A DNA stretch of 63,479 nucleotides, counting the filler, from Octopus bimaculoides (lineage: Eukaryota): the NCBI RefSeq assembly GCF_001194135.2. It is 5 parts of 5 records of this genome, joined end to end, with 100 filler letters (N's around TTAATTAATTAA, not from the genome) between each part and the next. Parts side by side here need not be neighbours in the genome. Positions count along the whole stretch, not along the records: positions 1 to 6,976 come from NC_068983.1; positions 7,077 to 21,185 come from NC_068999.1; 3 more parts are not named here. The stretch is one strand, 5' to 3'. The translations under genes were made by a program, and so were the position numbers. Position 1 is the first letter of the stretch, and every line of letters starts with the position of its first letter. Positions 1-11,959 of this stretch are shown in pieces. The notes under the pieces are model-generated. The model worked only from the letters and a program-made list of their open reading frames with translations. It did no database searches and had not been told where the DNA came from.

Positions 1-486
1 CATAAATAAGAAGAATGACCAGCAAAAGTGGACTCCTATATGCTAGAAATAGATGCCGAATCATCTAACCACGAAAAAAAAAATATATATGTTCTCAGTA
101 AAAATTCAGCGACACAAGAGACTGTAAGAGGGCAAGACAAATGAAAAAAATACTAAATAAAAAAACGATTAACCTACGTACCATCGTTTCACCTGTTAAA
201 ATTTACATAAGTAAATATCTGCAAGATCGTCAGCGCAGTCCGTCGATTTGCTGACGATCCTGCAGATATTTACTTATGTAAGTTTTAACAGGTGAAACCA
301 TGGTACGTAGGTTAATCGTTTTTTTTATTTAATATTTTTTCATTTGTCTTGCCCTTCTTACAGTCTGTTGTGTCGCTGAATTTTTACTGAGAACATGTAT
401 TTCTTTTTTCGTGGTTAGATGAGTCGGCATCTATTTCTAGCATATAGGAGTCCACTTTTGCTTGTCATTCCTCTTATTTTTGTATG
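1..486. repeat. Long inverted repeat (arms ~1-234 and 250-486, 15-nt spacer), probably inverted Penelope-like pseudo-LTRs
   Basis: 1-234 is the reverse complement of 250-~486 with scattered mismatches (e.g. gatcgtcagc/gctgacgatc at the centre, cataaataagaagaatgac/gtcattcctcttatttttgtatg at the ends). The left arm may continue beyond the window. Both arms carry hammerhead core motifs. Confidence 0.85.
244..318 (+). ncRNA. Candidate type I minimal (dimer-type) hammerhead ribozyme
   Basis: CTGACGA at 251-257; stem II cctg/cagg; GAAA at 294-297; palindromic stem III ACCATGGT at 297-304; NUH = GUA (305); stem I pieces cgatt/aatcg and tg/cg. Position 10.1-11.1 is a non-canonical U-U pair. Confidence 0.55.
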
Positions 487-659
487 TAATATAATTTTAA
501 TCTTTGGATTTTTTTAATATGCTATACCACTGGTTTTAATGGATTAATATCAATTTCTACCCTCATTAATAAAATTTTATATACATATATATATATGTAC
601 ACACATATACATGTGTATATATACATATATATAGGTATATAAATACATATATAAATGTA

Positions 660-792
<133 letters not shown>

Positions 793-1667
793 ACATATAC
801 ATATACTTGTATGTGTATATATCGTATAACGCATTTAAAAAATTATTAAATTTTGCTATCAACATCGCTTGATTATTTTCATATGATAGACTCCACAGAC
901 AGTATGCTATCAATAATACGTGGTAATCATCTAAAATTGATATCAGAATTTTTTAAATGCAATCATGTAATTAAGTTCATAATATCAATATAATAACATC
1001 TCAGCTTGTAGATAATTCAATTATCAGTGACAAATTTGATTAACGATAATTTTATTTGATTTACTGAAATATAATTGGAGAATTCAAGAAACATTCACAA
1101 CACATTCTTTCTATGCAATATACTTTTATTCAAAGAGGAAACACTGGTCATAACTGTCTCAAATTTTCCACAGCTAGAAGACTGAGAAAGCTGGGTGGGT
1201 CTTGAGCAGGTAAAGTTATTTTTGTCTCGTTGCAGCGTAGTGGAAAAAGAAAAATGTGAACAATTGAGAGACAAGGAAAGACGGATGTAGTTCTGGCGAA
1301 TAGTTTCTTTATTAACATAGTTGGACGACATTTTAGGGCTTATAGGATGGATCCAAGGAAATATTATACTAATTTGCTTCGGGGAAGCTACTTTAACAGT
1401 AGCGGCATTTGCATCATAGCTCTTGATTCGTGTAACCGTTACACTTGTCATTATGGTGAACCTTCCTCCAGGTACCATACTGGAAATGATAATGCCTCCG
1501 GTGGTGCCTGGAAATGATAATACCTCCAGTAGTGCCTCAAGGATAGCTGATCGTATAAATCAACATAGGGTGGAGATCAAACATAATCCCACTGGTAGTC
1601 GACAAACCTAAAATTATCGGGTTTCCCAACTTTGTCCGTTAGACGAATTTTGTTAACGCTATGACAT

Positions 1668-1714
<47 letters not shown>

Positions 1715-2279
1715 TACTCGGATTATAACACTACATTCCTACTAGGGTAGCATCGACGCTTGGAACACTGTAAATTTCTGACCTAGTTTTCAAATGGAGC
1801 CACTAAACTCACTGCTTCCTTAGTTACAGGTAGACACTACCTCAAGTCCCAGGACATTCCCCACATCTTCTGTTCTATAGTTCGTAAGGGTACCCCATAC
1901 AGCACTAACAATCGCGTTTGTAATTTATGGTGCAAGGAATTTCTCGCTATTCTATGCCCTTATAATACCTCATTACGCAAGACGCTTTCTGATGTAATCT
2001 TCTCATCTAAACATAAGTTTTATTCTATATTTACTCATTATGTAAAGTCTTTATAATGTTTCCCAATTATGAATGAATTTCATTAATTGTTATCGATGTA
2101 AGTACCAATTCTCCTTATTCTCTTTCTCTCAACATACTTTCCTTCTCTGCAACCCCCACCTCTAATCCATTACTTCAATGCTTATCTCTTCCTACCTTTG
2201 TCTGGTCTGCTGACATTCCTAACTGATTTATGGTTTGCTTAACGTTATCTATACAACTCATGGCGTTTCCCTTCCGTTA

Positions 2280-2620
2280 GACTGATTTAAACTTTAACGT
2301 CTCTTTTCTCTCTATTTCTTCTGTTCTTTTTTTATCCTTCTCCTTTTCTTCTTACAATCTAGAAGCTATCCTCCCTCCTCTTTCTTCACCCTTGATCTCG
2401 TTCTGCTTTCTCTCTCCTTTTAACCATTTATTTCTGCTAGCATTACAATATGAACCGCAATTACCAATCTTCTATTGATGAAGGGAGCCGGGCTTATTGT
2501 AATATCTTCATATGAATTGTTACAGGCTACATATCCGTGAAATTTTGCATATTTCATCTGCAATTCATGATCACTATGAAAATTACGTAATTCCAGGCTT
2601 CACGAAAAAGCTGTCGCGGT
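2280..2620 (+). mobile_element. Decayed Penelope-like LTR segment with degenerate hammerhead motif
   Basis: Pyrimidine-rich tract, then tTGATGA (2475), ggagccggg...ccaggcttc stem and GAAAaAGCTGTC (2604-2615). Confidence 0.4.
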
Positions 2621-2904
2621 ATGAAACTACATATTTTCTTCTATTATACTGTACGTTTATTTTGTATTTTTGTGCTCCGTGTAAATATATTTATATCATG
2701 CCTAACAGTATTTAGCTCCATTATTACCTCTAGTTCAGCACGATTTGGTTTTCTCTTGTAAACATTTTTGACTGCACGTGCCTTGCCCTGGATGAAGAAT
2801 TTGGAGTTTAAGTTCAAATCTTTTTGAGCACGACAATGTTTATTCTATACTGAGCATATCCAGCTCTCATCTATTGTCTGAAATAGTATATATTTATGTA
2901 TGCA

Positions 2905-3085
2905 TGTTGGTCTCTCCCGCCAAACCACTTGACAGTTGGTGTTGGTTTGTTTGCGGTTCTGCAGAGGCGACTGATACGTCCTGTATTATACTTAACAATA
3001 AGTGTGGGATCGATTTATTCACCTAAAACCCTCCAATACGGTGCCCCAGCATGGCCGCTTTTCAAAAGCTAAAACAAATAAAAGC
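2905..3085 (+). mobile_element. Degenerate 3' half of SINE family B
   Basis: gatcgatttattc...ggtgccccagcatggccgc...aaaacaaataaaag matches the tail of the better copies at 37790 and 56167. Confidence 0.55.
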
Positions 3086-3907
3086 TAATAGATATACTGC
3101 CTGAAATGTCAGAATAGTTGCGATTCGAATTTTATTTGTTACAGTTAGGTTTGTTCGAGACTTACGATATAATGACTAAAATCATCATCGCCAGCATGAT
3201 CGCTTCCCTTTTTCCATATCCACCATTATCCTCTGCATCGCTATCAGCATTCTAATAACACACTTACTATCTTTACAAATACAACCGCCACCACTAGCAG
3301 CGCCATGATCATCATCATGACTAGTATTATTAATCCTCAAAAACTACATAATCCTCAGCACCAACACCAGCAGTACCATTGCTGTCATCATAACCACCGT
3401 CAACCACTAGAACATCAGCACACTTATAACAATGGTAAAGGTCTACGTGATTAGGACTGACCTAATCTCCATTACAACACTACCACAAGAAAGTCTGTTA
3501 GTGGAAAACAATTAAATTAATGATTCCGTCAAGAGATGTGGATTTTAGTAATCCCTTTCTAACGTTAGGTTGATCTTTTACTCTCAAGCATTAGTTTCCA
3601 TTGAACCAGTTTCGCTTCATAAGGAATAAATACTTGAATTAACAAATAAGACTCGATTACTTAATTGGACGGATTTTTCCAACTGATGATAATTTTGATG
3701 ATGATGATGATAATGATGATGATGATGGGGAGGAGGACGGGAGGGGAAGAGAGGAGGAAGGGAGGTGGTGGTGGTGGTGGTGGTGGTGGATATAAAGGTG
3801 AAGGCTGTACTGATGATTGTGATAGGGGTGTGATAGTAGTGATGTGACATTGTTACTGTTGTTTCGGAGAATAATAATAATAATAATAATGATAATAATA
3901 ATAATAA

Positions 3908-4552
3908 TATATTCACAGACACGACAGAGCTGGGACCTATATACACTGGAAGCTATGCCAACATTATGGAATAGCAACAGAAAAAATATGGTATAAACAC
4001 ACGCCAGAAAAGGTCACAGAAAACGAGAAAGCAACCATACTCTGGGATATGCCAATACACACAGATAGAGAAATTAAGGCAAATAGACCAGATATAGTTG
4101 TCAAAGATCATGAAGAAAAAAAATGCTTTCTAATTGATGTATCAATACCAGCAGATGACAACGTTTCTCTAAAAGAAATGGAAAAACTTTCAAAATACAA
4201 AGACCTGGAAATAGAGATAACTCGAATGTGGAATCTAAAAACAGAAACAATTCCTATCATAGTAGGTGCCTTAGGTATAATAAAAAAATATTCAGACAAA
4301 TACATAACAAAAACNNNNNNNNNNNNNNNNNNNNNNNNNNNNNNNNNNNNNNNNNNNNNNNNNNNNNNNNNNNNNNNNNNNNNNNNNNNNNNNNNNNNNN
4401 NNNNNNNNNNNNNNNNNNNNNNNNNNNNNNNNNNNNNNNNNNNNNNNNNNNNNNNNNNNNNNNNNNNNNNNNNNNNNNNNNNNNNNNNNNNNNNNNNNNN
4501 NNNNNNNNNNNNNTCGGTAGTGAAGTGAAAGCACGTTATAAAAATAAAACTA

Positions 4553-4557
<5 letters not shown>
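3908..4557 (+). mobile_element. 5'-truncated R4/Dong-like non-LTR retrotransposon (restriction-like endonuclease domain) inside (TAA)n
   Basis: Open frame from 3908: YIHRHDRAGTYIHWKLCQHY...ILWDMPIHTDREIKANRPDIVVKDHEEKKCFLIDVSIP...EKLSKYKDL (RHD, PD..D and K..KY motifs). (TAA)n lies on both sides (3870-3909, 4556-4690); there is an internal gap. Confidence 0.9.
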
Positions 4558-4602
<45 letters not shown>

Positions 4603-4648
4603 AGATGCTAATTATGATGATGATGATAACATCAACAACAACAACACC

Positions 4649-4686
<38 letters not shown>

Positions 4687-5767
4687 TAAACAATTTTTTC
4701 TTAAAACCGGAGAAAATGAAACTATTGTTGAACTTTGAACGACAAATCTATTTTTTTCTCAAAGTCACTTTACAGAAAATTGGTGGTAGGAGTGAGAACC
4801 GGTGATGTTGGTGAGCGGTAAAGAAGAGCATGAATCAGAAAAACTGGGATTACAGAAACAACCTGGACGATCCGAAAAAAAGGTTAAGAAAAACATGAAG
4901 AATAGTTGGAAGTCTCAGATTCAATTAATCAAAGAATATGCATACAAAACTAATCTGTAAGCCTTCTTTACTGTGGTGTTAAATTAATTAACAATTTAGT
5001 GAAATAAAAGCACTTCCTAGAATGGACTTTGCAGAGTAATTTTATTTGCATTTTATTCCTATTCAGTTCTATTTTATTTAAGCGGATCTATTCATAATTT
5101 CACTTAGTAAATATTGATCCAAATGTTGACCTACCAAATCTTATGAGATACACGATGGAATACTGAGATAGTTTGTAGCATTAGTATCTGTAACGTTGCT
5201 GTTTCGAATCATGTTGTAACTGATTTTTCCCTTAGATGCTAGTAGACAGAAAAAAGCATGTGTGAAGTTCGTGTATTTTTCTAAGGAAATAGAAAATGGG
5301 CAACGAGAGTAAAGTGAAACTAGGACGACGTTTGAGGATCAAAAATTCCCTGTGAAATGCATCAGTATTTAGGAAGATAGTGACGATGCTTGAATTGAAC
5401 CACATCGATTTGCAATACGGGAAAATATGAATAAATGACTTCTTGTGCAGCTCTGATTTTATTTTCCGGTATGCAAGTCGACGAAGTGTATAGTATGAAT
5501 ATATAGTGTAAAATTCAAGTATCGTCATTCTCCGTCCTGGTCTGTAAGTCGACCTACCTTATTTGGCTACAAATTTTGGTCTGAAAAATTTGAATTAAAT
5601 TCTTTAAAGCCAAAACAAGGCAACTTGTAAATTAGAACAGATTTATGGTATTACCTGTTATTCCAATATTTTGGAAATCGTTAAGGAAAAGTTATTCGTT
5701 AGCTTCTTTGTCCTGTAGTGTATGTATTTTAATGTGTCACTATAGTAACTAATCGGCTGCGTGCAAC

Positions 5768-5821
<54 letters not shown>

Positions 5822-6325
5822 GGCAATGCTTCATGAAAATTATAACACTCGTAAATTGAATTATTCCAAACTGGAACAGAAACACCCCTGCAACTTCATT
5901 AGTCTTTTATATCTGGAATACTAATACTATGTCTGCTATCTCGTTTTGAAAACTTCGTAGCAGTATGATGATTTCTGATTACTCAAATAATCTATTGAAA
6001 TAGTTCTTAAATGCAATGTTATGATAGTGAAGAGTACATCACAGGGTGCCAGTTTGTATCTTGTTGAAATGATCACAGTGCTGGTGCTTCTCCTCCCAAT
6101 GACATAAAAAAACGACTGGTAGTTATCACTCGCACATTTGCAAACCTTTACAAATAACTTTCATTTATATGTTTAATTAAGTAATCATAATATATGATTA
6201 AATGTAGTAGAGACTTGTTTGCCACATTAATGCAATATTCTGCCATTTATGAAATACAGTGCATTTTGAAAATAAAACAGCATAATACACATAGACATAC
6301 ACGCACACATAAATACACATATGTG

Positions 6326-6399
<74 letters not shown>

Positions 6400-6400
6400 C

Positions 6401-6431
<31 letters not shown>

Positions 6432-6935
6432 CATACATAGATGTATTCATACGTACAATGACATAATTATTTACTGATGTCTATACGACATCCGTACAAT
6501 TATGTACCATGAACATCAAAGAAATCATCCGTTAATTTATAACACCATGAAAAATATTTAGATGAGCCGCGCAACTATTTCATAATAAAATGGTGAATAA
6601 CTTAACGTTGAATAACATAACCATGAAACAATTTCTAACTTTCCAAGTGAGCACTGTAAAGTAGACAATCTATCGGCATGTACATTTTATGATGTAGATT
6701 TTGATTTAGGGTGTCACCACATTTAATCACCAATGTATTTGAAGTTACCAAAGTTCACAAGCGTTCATTTTCTATCCTATAAAATATAGAATGTTCTTTC
6801 GTTCATATATCTGATTTCAAAAGGACAAGTTAAAGAAATGCCTTCCTAACAGGGCGAATAAGTTCTGAATCCAAACACTTCCATAATTTACTTTGTCTAC
6901 CATTTTCCCTGATATCACTTGTACACAGACACTCA

Positions 6936-6976
<41 letters not shown>

Positions 6977-7076
6977 NNNNNNNNNNNNNNNNNNNNNNNN
7001 NNNNNNNNNNNNNNNNNNNNTTAATTAATTAANNNNNNNNNNNNNNNNNNNNNNNNNNNNNNNNNNNNNNNNNNNN

Positions 7077-7111
<35 letters not shown>

Positions 7112-7139
7112 GTTTATATGTGTGTATGTATATACATTA

Positions 7140-7830
7140 TCTCAAACAGTACTACTGTGGATCACTCATGGATCGATGGAAACCCCGAAGGAAAGGATCT
7201 GCCGTCAAGTAGGATTGAAAAAGACGTGCGCAAGATGACGATACTTCTGCACAACCTGCTTTTGGTGTCCGAGCATTGCTGACTTTTGGAGTTATGTCAT
7301 ACAAGTGTTGCAGCGTGAGGGACGAATCCGTTTATTAGCTGAATCCATCGTGAGGGTCGTTCCATCAACTACCTTTAACATGGTGAGGCAGGTGATATTC
7401 CTCGGTCTAGTGGATATGGCGAAAGAGATTGTGCTGTGAACGAATTTGAGATAATTGAAAAATATCACTTTCCTCTTCGATTGAGCCCATTATCGCTTAT
7501 TTTAAGGGTTAGTTTGAGAAAAAAGTGAGGACGGAGAGGGAAGCGATCTCGCTCGGTGAATTTTTGAAAGGGTAGGTGAATGTGAAAAAAGTGGTTAGAG
7601 TAAATGGACATGCTCTAAGCCTGCGTCTGTGGAGTGGAAAACAACAGTCTGGTGAGCCTTGTGTCTTTAGTGGTCAGGGTAATCTTGGATCTCTGACTGC
7701 AGGTTTCCCATGTAACAGGTTCCACCTGCATCGTTTATATGTTCGCATAATTTGTATACTTTGTATACTTTTATCTGTTTTTCAATGTTTTCCCTTTCTT
7801 TCCACTCATCTTTTATGTAAACCCTCACAC
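7140..7830 (+). mobile_element. 3' fragment of Tx1-like (L1 group) LINE, disrupted
   Basis: GRIRLLAESIVRVVP...MAKEIV...VRVNGHALSLRL is homologous to the C-terminus of the 19264-21185 element; contains stops and frameshifts. Confidence 0.75.
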
Positions 7831-7889
7831 AAATTATATTGTCCCTGTGATGTTTCCCTTTTCTGTCTTCATTATCATCAACATCTCCA

Positions 7890-7951
<62 letters not shown>

Positions 7952-9107
7952 GTTCAGTAGTTTTATTTTGATAACGTGCTTTCACTTCACTACCGAGCGC
8001 AGCTCTGTGTGCCTTGGGTATGTGCTGTGGTTTGCTATGATGCTCTTATGGTTACTGTATTGAAAGTGTTTTGCGTAGGATGTGTACAATGCCCAGTAGC
8101 GCAATTTTCTGTATGCTATATATATTTGTAAGTCCTGGCACGTGCTTGCTACCGCTCTGTGTGCCTTGGGTATGTGCTGTGGTTTGCTGTGATGCTCTTA
8201 TGGTTACTGTATTGAAAGTTCTTACGTAGGATGTGTGCAATGCCTACTAGTGCTATTTTGTGTTATGTTATATATATTTGTTAGTTCTGGTCTTTTTGTT
8301 ACGTATTTGTCTAAATATTGCTTTTTATCATAATTAATGCACCTATTTTAATAGGAATTGGTTCTGCTTTTATAATCCACATTCGAGTTACCTCTTTTTC
8401 CAGGTCTTTGTATTTTGAAAGTTTTTCCATTTCTTTTAGAGAAACGTTGTCATCTGCNNNNNNNNNNGAAAGCATTTTTTTTCTTCATGATCTTTGACAA
8501 CTATATCTGGTCTATTGGCCTTAATTTCTCTATCTATGTGTATTGGCATATCCCAGAGTATGGTTGCTTTCTCATCTTCTGTGACCTTTTCTGACGTGTG
8601 CCTAGACCATCTTCTGTTGTTATTCCATAGTGTTGGCATATCTTCCAGTAGATATAGATCCCAACTCTGTCGTGTCTGTGAATATATTCCTTCTTGGCAA
8701 GGACTGGGAAGCCAGAGACAATATGGTTTATGGTTTCTTGTCCATTTCCACATATTCTGCAGTTACTTATGTTTCTTTTCATTATATGTATTTGGTAATT
8801 TCTGGTGGGGAGGCTTTGGTCTTGTGCTGCAATTAAACATCCTTCAGTCTCTGCTTTGAGTCCTGAGCTTCTCAGCAATTGTTGGGATTTTGCTTTGTCT
8901 ATGTCTTTTTGTTTAGTTTAATCCAGTATTTGCCATGAAGGGGCTTTAGTTTCCAATGTTTTTTCATGATCCGTTGCTGTTCCAGTTTTATTTTGGATTT
9001 CAGTTGTTTTACAGCTTTTGCTGTTTCTTCTTTTTCTACGACTTCTCTTTTGTATTGGCTACCTTTCTTAAAGATTGAATTTTTTTGTCTTGTTCGTGTT
9101 TTGTGGC
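7952..9107 (-). mobile_element. 5'-truncated R4/Dong-like RLE element, same family as 3908-4557
   Basis: LRSSGLKAETEGCLIAAQDQSL...CRICGNGQETINHIVSG...HRHDRVG (CCHC-type knuckle) and NRPDIVVKD. Same 3' end (gcacgttatcaaaataaaactactgaa). (TTA)n lies at both ends (7891-7951, 9108-9210). Confidence 0.9.
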
Positions 9108-9188
<81 letters not shown>

Positions 9189-10308
9189 CATTATTATTAT
9201 TAATATTACTATAGCAATTTAATTTGTAAACTATTTGATTTTCCGTTAATATTCTTCGTTCTTTTCCGCATCCAACAACATATTCCTGCTGTTTGCAAAG
9301 TCTTAAGTCCTTGTTGCTGTTATAACTGTTCTGGCTACAGTTTCTTTCCTCGTTCTTCTTATTCTTATAGCTGTTGACTTTGTTATTGAAGTAACAGTGG
9401 TAGTAGTATCATTAGCAGAAGCTTTTTTTCCATATATTATACACGTATATGATATTCCTAATGCTTTTACTGCTGCTCGTATTCCTATCATTTCAATCCT
9501 CTATCTACTCGCTATTTCAGTAATGCAGTAATGATATATTACAATAATATATGAGTTGATGTTCTTCTTCTTGTTATTTTCTATTATATCCTCGTCCTTC
9601 CCCCTCAACACAGTCTATTTATTTTTTAAGCGTTTGGTATTTAGATTTTTATTTTATTAAATCTCCCCTATTAATTAAAGTCTTTCAATCTTCTTGTAAC
9701 TAATAAGTAAACATTATTTCCTGTTTATTTTCAAAGCAAAATACTCGTTGCTATTGCTGCTGCTGATGCACTGCTGCTGCTACAGTTGTTGTGGTTGTTG
9801 TTGTTGGTGGTGGTTTTTGGTGGTGGTGGTGGTGGTGATGGTGGCGGTGGTGGTGGTGCTGTTGTTATTGCTGTTGTATATTAAAATGAAAAAGCATTAA
9901 ATAACTATTGTCTTTGATTACATCACACGTACAGAACGACACACACACACAACCATAGACGCATATGTACGCACGCATATACAGACAGACGCAGATGCGT
10001 ACACATGTATGCATAAACATACAGAAACATATATACATATATTAGTATATATATACGTGCATGAAGACATACCCACATGCATACCTAAACGTATACATAA
10101 ATAAATATGCATACATTGATACATTCACACATAACATACACACACACACAAACGCAAACACATGCGTAAATGGACACACACACACATACATATATACATA
10201 CATACATACTTACAAAAATATATAGATATATACACACGTACATATATACATACATGCATGCATAAATACATATGTATATACATACAGGCATGCATTCATA
10301 CATACATG

Positions 10309-10340
<32 letters not shown>

Positions 10341-10908
10341 CATACATACGTACATACTCATGTGCATACATTGATACATGCTTACATACATGCATAAATA
10401 CACACATACATACGTACATACACGGAGTCACATAGACAAAACAAGGAAAAATAATGGAAGATTTTGTCGTCTCAGATATTTCTTGATAACATCGACATGT
10501 CGTGACTTGGGGAAAGTTGATGCGTGAGGTTTGAAGACTTATTGGTTGTAGAAACAAAATTGTCAAGTATTTGCATTCGTCAATCAGTAAATATAATACG
10601 AAGAGGAGTGGGGGATGTGGAGTGGTTTCATTAGTGGTGTGGGTGGGTGAGGGTATTTTCACTTTGGCGAAGATGGTGGTGGTGATGGTGTGTATGGTGG
10701 AGATGGAGGAGTGAGACAGATACAGAGGAATGATTGTAAAATAACAAAACAAACAGAAGGAAAAAAAAACCAATATGGAAATAATGAAGTAATATAAACA
10801 TCAGAAAATAATAAATATAAGCCAAGGAAGATTTAATTTAAAACAACAGAAGTGATGATGGAATTAACAAATATTACCACACACACACACACGCACACAC
10901 ACACACAC

Positions 10909-10944
<36 letters not shown>

Positions 10945-11569
10945 TCACAAGTGTGCGCGTACAGACGCGCGTGTTCACGCATGTATACAATGGTAGATGT
11001 AAACATAAATATATAAAAGCGCACATGCACACATACACTTGAGTACACACGTTAAAATTCGCAGTAGTAAAATAATTATACACGCATGAAGTGAGTCNNN
11101 NNNNNNNNNNNNNNNNNNNNNNNNNNNNNNNNNNNNNNNNNNNNNNNNNNNNNNNNNNNNNNNNNNNNNNNNNNNNNNNNNNNNNNNNNNNNNNNNNNNN
11201 NNNNNNNNNNNNNNNNNNNNNNNNNNNNNNNNNNNNNNNNNNNNNNNNNNNNNNNNNNNNNNNNNNNNNNNNNNNNNNNNNNNNNNNNNNNNNNNNNNNN
11301 NNNNNNNNNNNNNNNNNNNNNNNNNNNNNNNNNNNNNNNNNNNNNNNNNNNNNNNNNNNNNNNNNNNNNNNNNNNNNNNNNNNNNNNNNNNNNNNNNNNN
11401 NNNNNNNNNNNNNNNNNNNNNNNNNNNNNNNNNNNNNNNNNNNNNNNNNNNNNNNNNNNNNNNNNNNNNNNNNNNNNNNNNNNNNNNNNNNNNNNNNNNN
11501 NNNNNNNNNNNNNNNNNNNNNNNNNNNNNNNNNNNNNNNNNNNNNNNNNNNNNNNNNNNNNNNNNNNGC

Positions 11570-11600
<31 letters not shown>

Positions 11601-11885
11601 CAAGTGTATATGTCTGTATGTATGTGTGTACGTATGTATATATGTATGTGTGTGTGTGTGTATGTATGAGTGTGTGCACATAAGTACATATGCAAATACA
11701 TACGCACGCATACACACACACACTGGACACACACGTATATACATACAATATACATAAATATACACACAAACATACGTAAGTACGCTTACATGTTTTCGCT
11801 AAACGCCAGACCATGGAGTTGCTCGGTTAATCAGTATATGAGACACCATGTATTGAGTTTTACTTCAATCGTCTGTTGAAGCATA

Positions 11886-11959
<74 letters not shown>

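Noticed and set aside
1095-1478. 127-aa minus-strand ORF
   Set aside because: No recognisable motif and no convincing splice sites; not called as a CDS.
7021-7032. TTAATTAATTAA motif recurring at 7021, 21230, 38582 and 46477
   Set aside because: It always sits centred in a 100-nt N block (44 N + 12 + 44 N). It is an assembly spacer with stops in all frames, not biology.
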